Origin: Candidatus Sericytochromatia bacterium
GTDB lineage: Bacteria > Cyanobacteriota > Sericytochromatia > UBA7694 > JACMQJ01
Direction of reading: 5' to 3'
Assembly: GCA_046328015.1 (NCBI GenBank)
Contig: JAXLXH010000001.1
Coordinates: 907,305-971,304, forward strand
DNA: 64,000 nt
Every line of letters begins with the position of its first letter. The first letter of the stretch is position 1. The notes under the pieces were generated by a model, which saw only the letters and a program-made list of their open reading frames with translations, was not told where the DNA came from and ran no database searches. This document shows, piece by piece, positions 57,865 to 64,000 of the stretch. A program made the translations under genes and the position numbers.

Positions 57865-58773
57865 TTATAAGTTTTTAGCTATTTTTGCACCAAGATTAGC
57901 ATTGTTTTTTATTAGAGCTATATTTGCTTCCAAACTTTTTCCATCAGTAATATGTTTTATTTTTGCTAAAAGAAAAGGTGTAATATCTTTACCTGTTATT
58001 TTTAAATTTTCACATTCGGTTAGGGCATTTTCTATAGATTCATTTATAAGTTTTTCATCCATAGAATATTCATCAGGAATAGGATTTCCTATTACAACTC
58101 CACCATTAAGATTTAACATATATTTGGTTTTTATAAAATCAGCTATTTCATTAGGAGTTTTTAAATTATAAAGAACTGAATAACCACTTTTTTTAGTATA
58201 AAAAGCTGGAAAATCTTCTGTATTATAACCAATAACAGGAACTCCAAATGTTTCTAAGCATTCTAAAGTTTTAGAAATATCTAAAATTGATTTTACACCA
58301 GCACAAACTACTGCTACATTAGTTTTCATTAGTTCATATAAATCTGCTGAAATATCCCAAGTTTTTTCTACTCCTCTATGAACTCCACCCAAACCACCTG
58401 TTACAAAAACTTTTATACCTGCCATTTCAGCAAAAATCATAGTACCTGCAACAGTAGTAGCTCCATTTTTTTTATTAGCTATAACATACGGAATATCTCT
58501 TCTACTAACTTTATAAACACCTTTAGCAGAACCAAAAAAATCTAATTCTTCTTTTGATAAACCAATTTTTATTTTACCTTCAATTATTCCTATAGTTGCA
58601 GGAGTTACACCATTATTTCTAATAATTTCTTCTACTTCAGAAGCAGTTTTTACATTATCAGGATAAGGCATACCATGAGAAATAATAGTTGATTCTAAAG
58701 CTACAATAGGCTTATTATTTTTCAAAGCAATTTTTACTTCATCAGAAAATTCTAAATATTTTTTTAAATCCAT
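57865..58773 (-). CDS. psuG: Pseudouridine-5'-phosphate glycosidase
   Basis: VALESTIISHGMPYPDN and overall IndA/PsuG pattern. Confidence 0.85.
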   Translation of the reverse strand: MDLKKYLEFSDEVKIALKNNKPIVALESTIISHGMPYPDNVKTASEVEEIIRNNGVTPATIGIIEGKIKIGLSKEELDFFGSAKGVYKVSRRDIPYVIANKKNGATTVAGTMIFAEMAGIKVFVTGGLGGVHRGVEKTWDISADLYELMKTNVAVVCAGVKSILDISKTLECLETFGVPVIGYNTEDFPAFYTKKSGYSVLYNLKTPNEIADFIKTKYMLNLNGGVVIGNPIPDEYSMDEKLINESIENALTECENLKITGKDITPFLLAKIKHITDGKSLEANIALIKNNANLGAKIAKNL

Positions 58774-58809
58774 AAGAGTCCTTTTTTAGTTTTTTATTTT
58801 AATTATAAA

Positions 58810-58865
58810 TCGTGAAGCGTGAAGCGTGAATAGTGAAAAGTTAGAAGTTAAAAGTAAAAAGTATA
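58810..58865. repeat. REP-like repeat, family 1 (CGTGAAGCGTGAAGCGTGAATAGTGAAAAGTTAGAAGTTAAAAG)
   Basis: Same core as at 32538. Confidence 0.55.
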
Positions 58866-59004
58866 GCTATTCTCATATAAATAAAATATACTCAAAAAAA
58901 ATTTCTTTTGCATTTTTATTTTTATTAGCTATTGACATAGTAGAATCAGATGAATCAGATGAGTTACAAATAAAAAATATCTGTTTAAATCTGTTTTATC
59001 TGCG

Positions 59005-59030
59005 TAATCCGTAGTTTAAAAAATATTTAT
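59005..59030. repeat. Family 3 solo repeat (TAATCCGTAGTTTAAAAAATAT), inverted relative to 57731-57752
   Basis: Together with 57731-57831 it brackets psuG. Confidence 0.45.
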
Positions 59031-59049
59031 AATAATTATGCTAAGCTCT

Positions 59050-60102
59050 TTATATATCATTATTAATTCCACAACTAGATAATAATTCTTTGGCCTTTAA
59101 TACAGCCTTATAAATTAAATCGTTATCATTATAAAAGTTATTATTACTAATATATTCTTTTACAATTTTTCTAGCAAAAGTTCCTATAGAAATACCTTGA
59201 AAACGTACATCATTTTGTTTAGCTAATTTAGAAGTTAAAGAATTAGTACCACCAGATAATAAAATATTAATTTCATTTTTATCTTTATAAATGCTTTTTT
59301 TAGTTTTTTTATCTATTTTTTTATTAAATCTTTTATTAACAATATCTGCAATTGATACTGCTTGTAATGTGGTATTAAAATCATCTTCTCCTCCACTCAT
59401 AGGGATTCCATCAGCTTGTATAATTAACCTATCTCCAGAAATTTCTTTGGCTTTTTTTATTCTTTTTTCCAAATCAAAATCGGATAAATGCTGTCTATCC
59501 AAGCACATAGAAACATGATTTTTAGCATTTATTTTATTTATTAATTCCCATTCTTTAAAAATAAAATCATCTTCTTTTATTCCGGCGTGTAATTCTATTT
59601 GTTCTGCACCTAATGATAAACATTTTGGTAAAAGCTCTTCTAAATTTTTATTATTATGTTTATAAAAAATAGAGTCAAAATGGCATATTGCACTACAATT
59701 TCCGCATCCAATACATTTTTCTTGTTTTATAACCAAATCATTTGGTATGGCATCTGTTGGGCAAACTGGAATACATAAATTACATGTAACACATTTTTCT
59801 AAATCTATAAAAGCTTTTCTTACATGATGATCTCCAGGCATTCCAACACTAACAGTTATAAAAGGATTAAAAGGTATTTTTATATCTAATTTTTTTGCAT
59901 AAAAATGTGATTGTTCTATACCTTCCATACAAGCTAAGACAACACTAGGAGTTGCAGAAATATCTAATCCTGAAGTCCCAGCCAGAGTATATATAATAGT
60001 TAGTTTTTTTACTTCTTCGCAATCTTCATTTCCTGCACCACAAACCAACTTAAAAAACTTACTTTTTTCAAGTAAGCTATTCATTAATTCAAATCTATCC
60101 AT
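59050..60102 (-). CDS. 4Fe-4S dicluster protein, LdpA-like family
   Basis: KLVCGAGNEDCEEVKKLTIIYTLAG N-terminus plus CVTCNLCIPVCP and CIGCGNCSAICH. Confidence 0.6.
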   Translation of the reverse strand: MDRFELMNSLLEKSKFFKLVCGAGNEDCEEVKKLTIIYTLAGTSGLDISATPSVVLACMEGIEQSHFYAKKLDIKIPFNPFITVSVGMPGDHHVRKAFIDLEKCVTCNLCIPVCPTDAIPNDLVIKQEKCIGCGNCSAICHFDSIFYKHNNKNLEELLPKCLSLGAEQIELHAGIKEDDFIFKEWELINKINAKNHVSMCLDRQHLSDFDLEKRIKKAKEISGDRLIIQADGIPMSGGEDDFNTTLQAVSIADIVNKRFNKKIDKKTKKSIYKDKNEINILLSGGTNSLTSKLAKQNDVRFQGISIGTFARKIVKEYISNNNFYNDNDLIYKAVLKAKELLSSCGINNDI

Positions 60103-60249
60103 TAAAAGTTATTTTTATTATTTTAAATCTATAATAGTAAATTATATAACTTGTATCTATTTTTAGGCAAAATGCAATATCATTAATTTGTTGCCATTCA
60201 TCCTGAGTGCAAGCAAGTAAGTTTTTCTGGCAACGAATTTATAATTCAT

Positions 60250-60425
60250 CCCCCTGCCCCCTTCTCTTTGCTAAAAGAGAAGGGGGTAACTAGTCTGAAC
60301 TCCCTCTCTTTAGACAAAGAGAGGGATGGGGTGAGTTTTGATAATTTACTTCAAAACATGCGTAACCATTATGAACAAAAACTTACCGTTTTCGACAGAC
60401 TAGGTTTGGGGTGAGTTAAGATAAA
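60250..60425. repeat. GC-rich repeat family 4: perfect hairpins CCCCCTTCTCTTT/AAAGAGAAGGGGG and CCCTCTCTTT/AAAGAGAGGG, each followed by (G)GGGTGAGTT
   Basis: Read from the sequence. A related copy is at 61408-61520. Confidence 0.6.
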
Positions 60426-60871
60426 AAAAAATTTGATACTAGCAACTTAAGTTAGTTAGTAAAAAAATAATATTTTTAAAAAATATTACTGATTTTAATA
60501 ATTTAAATTTTTAATTTATATAAAAATCATATTTTATTTATAAAAAGAGCCGTAAAGACGTTTTTTTTAATATTTATGCAATTATATATCTATATATTCT
60601 AATATATTATATTTTTTGTTAACATAAAAATGATTTTTATCAATAAAAATGTTATCATATAAAAATCAAGTTTTGTTTTTGTGATAACTGAGTGTAGTTT
60701 TTGATAAAATTATAGTCAAGAGAGTAAATTTAATATAGATTTAATAGTAATTCAATTTTTTATTAATAAATCATTATTTTCTTAACTATACTATCATGTA
60801 AAATTCACACTGTTATATCACTAAAAATGCTATATTTGAATTAGTTAATAGAGCTTTTTGAGGATGTAATT

Positions 60872-61336
60872 ATGAGAAAAATAATTCTAAGTTTATCTTT
60901 AGTTGGTTTATTTGCTTTCCCTTCTTTTGCAAAACCTGATATAAAAATAGATCTTTCGTCTAAGAAAGTAACTATGGAAAAAGGTAAAGAAGTTTATAAA
61001 GATGCAGATAAATCTAAACCAGGTGAGATTCTTTTATATACTTTAAAAGTAATGAATAAAGGTAATGAATCTGCAAGAAAACTTTCTCCTGTAGGTAATA
61101 TTCCTGAAAATACTGTTTATGTTCCAGAAAAACATAATTCTGCTGATTATAAAGTACTTTATAGCTTAGATGGAAAAACCTTTTCTGAAACACCTACTGT
61201 AAAAGTAAAAGAGAATGGTAAAGATGTAGTAAAACCAGCCCCTATTGATAAATACAAAAAAATAAAATGGGTTTTCTTAAAAGATTTCCCTTCAAATAAG
61301 ACTTATGTTTTAAATTATAAGGTAAAAATAAAATAA
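60872..61336 (+). CDS. Secreted single-DUF11 (conserved repeat domain) protein
   Basis: Signal peptide. KPGEILLYTLKVMNKGNESARKLSPVGNIPENTVYV matches the DUF11 pattern. Confidence 0.6.
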   Translation: MRKIILSLSLVGLFAFPSFAKPDIKIDLSSKKVTMEKGKEVYKDADKSKPGEILLYTLKVMNKGNESARKLSPVGNIPENTVYVPEKHNSADYKVLYSLDGKTFSETPTVKVKENGKDVVKPAPIDKYKKIKWVFLKDFPSNKTYVLNYKVKIK

Positions 61337-61407
61337 TTTATTACAAAGTTTTATTTAAAAAATGCTTACAACTCTTAAAAATATCAAAAGAAAATTGTTA
61401 AAACAAA

Positions 61408-61520
61408 CCAGGGAACCTCCCTGAGTTTTGACTTTTCACTACTTTTATCCTCTCTCTAATAACTTAGAGAAGGGGTTGGGTTGAGTTAAGAAACAGGGAG
61501 GAATTACCCTAAAATAATTC
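61408..61520. repeat. GC-rich repeat family 4, copy 2 (CAGGGAACCTCCCTG … CCTCTCTCTAATAACTTAGAGAAGGGG TTGGGTTGAGTTAAG … CAGGGAGG)
   Basis: Shares the GAGAGGG/GGTGAGTT modules with 60250-60425. Lies directly upstream of the large DUF11 gene. Confidence 0.5.
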
Positions 61521-61557
61521 AAAGTTTTTTATTTTATTTTAGAAAGGAAAATTGTTA

Positions 61558-64000
61558 TGTCGAAAACAATTCACGAAAAGACTGGAGTCTCGCAGACTCG
61601 GGTCAAAAATTATTTTATGTATTTGAGCATATTCTGCACGATGTTGCTCTCTACATTACTTTTTTCGCCTAAAGCAGAGGCGATAACCCCAGCTGGTACA
61701 ACAATAGGTAACATTGCAACTGCTACTTATGAAGATAGTACCGGAAATCCATATACAACCAACTCTTTACAAGTTAATACAGTTGTTCAACCTGTATATG
61801 GTTTTGATGTTGATAAAGATGGTACTAAAGTAACTCCAAATGCTTTAGTAACTCAACAAGCTACCCCTGGTAGTATTATTTACTATCAATATAAAATTAC
61901 CAATAACGGTAACGTTAATGATAATTTTACAATTGATAACACAGGTGTTTTAAATAAATTTTTAGGAACACCAGGTTTTACACCTTTAATTGATCCTCCA
62001 ACAGTTTATTGGGATAAAAATGGTACTGGTAATTTCCAAACAGGGGATCCAATACTTACTACTTCAACCCAATTACCAATTGCAGCTGGAGCTTTTGAAT
62101 ACGTAATAGTAGAAGTTAAAGTTCCTGCTGGAGCTGCTGCTGGTTCTTCTTATGAAAACAACATCGTTGTTAGATCTGTTGGAGATTCTACAGCAAGAGA
62201 TAATAATGAAGATTTGGTTGTAGATGGCGGTGGTCAATATGCAAAAGGTCAATGGAATAAAACAACCGTTGTTAATGATGCAGTTATTGACGTAGATAAA
62301 GCAACTAATGTTTCTCAACAAGATCCATCTGGTTTAATTACCTATACTTTAACCGTAAAAAACAACGGTAATAAAGATTCTCAAGGTGTTACAATCAGAG
62401 ACCCATTACCAAATTTTGTTGCATACGATATGGCTTCGGCTTCTTTACCAGCTAACTGGTCTATAGATTATTGTACTGCTACAACAGGAGATGGTCTTGG
62501 AAATGCAAATACAAATGCGTCTTATGGTGCATATACACCTGTGGCTACTCCGGCAACAACAACTGTTGATACAAATATCAAAGGGGTAAGATTTAGAACA
62601 ACTACAGCTATTATACCAGGTGCTAGTGTTTCTATTACCTTCAGAGTAAAAGTAAAACCTTATGGTTTAGCAGGTCAAACAGGTTCTCAATTAGCTCCAG
62701 TTACTACTGTAGTTAATACAGGTAAATTTGACTATGAACTTTTTGTTGCAGGAACACCTGTTACAGATAAACCGACTAATGATGCTCCTACAGATATCAA
62801 CAAAAAGCTTGCTGTTGCTGTAGAGCCTAATGCAGCTCAATTTGCTGCTCCTAATAACCATACTTCTTTAGGTGGAACAAGTGCTACAGCTTCTAATGTA
62901 ACCCCTGGAGATGGTCTTGCAACTGTTGCTGGTAGTGTTGCTGCAAACAGCTATGTTTATTTTAGACAAACCGTTACAAATAATGGTAACTCTACAGATA
63001 CATTTAACTTAACCGCTCATACAAGTCCAGCCCTTTTACCAGATGGTACTACAGCACCTGCATTACCTACTGGTTGGTCAGTATCTTTCTTCCAAGAAAC
63101 AGATACTACAAATGCTGCTAACAATACTTCTCCTGTAGTTGGAAACAACACTGGAAATATTGCACCAGGCGGTACTTTCAACTATATTGCAAGAGTATTT
63201 GTTCCTGCTAATGCAGCTACAACAACTCAAAATATTTATGTAAAATCTACCTCTACTTCTGCAACTGGTACAGCTTTAGGTACAACCTTTACTTTATTAG
63301 CAAATGATTATTCTTTATTAAGAATCACTGATGTAACTCCACCAGGTGGTAAAATCGAGAATATCGTTGGTGCTGCTACTGCTGCTGGAGCTTTAAGAGT
63401 AAGTAGAGCTGGAAACCCTGATGTTTCATTAACAGAATCTGCTAATGGTACAACAGTATCATTCCCATTAAGAGTTACTAATACAGGTTTAGTAAATGAT
63501 ACATTTACACTTGGAATTGGTGCTACAAATACTTTACCTTCTGGATGGACAGCTGAATATTATGATTTAGTTGCATCAGATAAAGTAACTGCTGTTACTG
63601 CTACAACTGTAACATTAAATAATGCGACAAACTTTGCTGTTGGCGATACCATTATTATTAATGGTCAATCTTTAACAGTTGGCTCTAAAGCTGGTAATGT
63701 AATTACTTTTGCTACTGGTCAAACAGTTTCAAATTTAACAGCTTATGCTGCTACAATTACCGCTACTAATTTCCCTACAGCTGTAAAACCAGGAAATATT
63801 TCTATAGTATCTACTGGTAATTTAGCTGCAAATGGTACTAAAGATGTAATAGCTGTTATTACAGTTCCTGCTGGAACAGCTCCTATTAATAAAAATCTTG
63901 ATTACAAAATTACATCTGCAAATGCTCCTACAAGTACAAGTGCATTATTAACAGTAACAGATGCTGTAGTTGTTCCAAACTTCAGAAGCTTTACTTTAAC
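61558..64000 (+). CDS. Partial CDS, 3' end outside the window: very large surface/secreted protein made of tandem DUF11 (conserved repeat domain) modules
   Basis: Frame open from 61558 to the window end. Repeated …ATPGSIIYYQYKITNNGN…, …DPSGLITYTLTVKNNGN…, …SYVYFRQTVTNNGN… modules. The signal peptide is better placed if the start is the ATG at 61618 (MYLSIFCTMLLSTLLFSPKAEA). Confidence 0.7.

Noticed and set aside
58826-59014. 62-aa ORF between psuG and the LdpA-like gene
   Set aside because: It begins inside a REP-like repeat and ends in the family 3 repeat. No RBS and no homology. Probably non-coding.
60103-60870. tRNA, rRNA or CRISPR searched for in long intergenic regions (also 7375-7677, 13197-13631, 22234-22603, 51521-51957)
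   Set aside because: No cloverleaf-compatible GC-rich stems with a T-loop consensus (GTTCGAAT-like). No rRNA-like conserved blocks. No regularly spaced direct repeats with unique spacers. The repeats present are dispersed, not arrayed.

Overview
The window is strongly AT-rich bacterial chromosome, Gram-negative by content: outer-membrane beta-barrel, lipoproteins, L,D-transpeptidase and complex I. No rRNA, tRNA, CRISPR array, IS element or prophage was seen. Housekeeping genes include an ABC-2 transporter, priA, ruvX, murC, fabF, pgk, a DEAD-box helicase, msrB and psuG. There is a molybdenum-cofactor operon (moeA-moaA-moaC-mobBA) and a partial complex I operon, nuoD-H-I-J-K-L-M-N on the minus strand, with no nuoABC or nuoEFG upstream. 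Accessory content includes penicillin-acylase, tandem paralogous alpha/beta-hydrolase lipoproteins, a luciferase-like monooxygenase with a TubC-type N-terminal docking domain, an Rpn-family nuclease with decayed tandem copies of its 3' end, and DUF11 surface proteins. The points most worth follow-up are these. (1) selD is a selenoprotein: an in-frame TGA at 37144-37146 is followed directly by a hairpin of the bacterial SECIS type. (2) A family of about 90-nt GC-rich nested-palindrome elements has one copy inserted in frame inside moeA, which is how Rickettsia palindromic elements behave. (3) Two paralogous two-gene cassettes of unknown function lie at 19565-20680 and 35867-37086. (4) A probable operon encodes a Dam-like protein with degenerate catalytic motifs, a DUF4388/PATAN-type protein, MglB and MglA. 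(5) An operon of two large unknown proteins (1109 aa plus a 475-aa coiled-coil protein) sits at 2604-7374. (6) At least three families of short intergenic repeats recur across the window. The MglA/MglB pair suggests a Myxococcota- or Bdellovibrionota-like lineage, but the taxon cannot be fixed from sequence alone.
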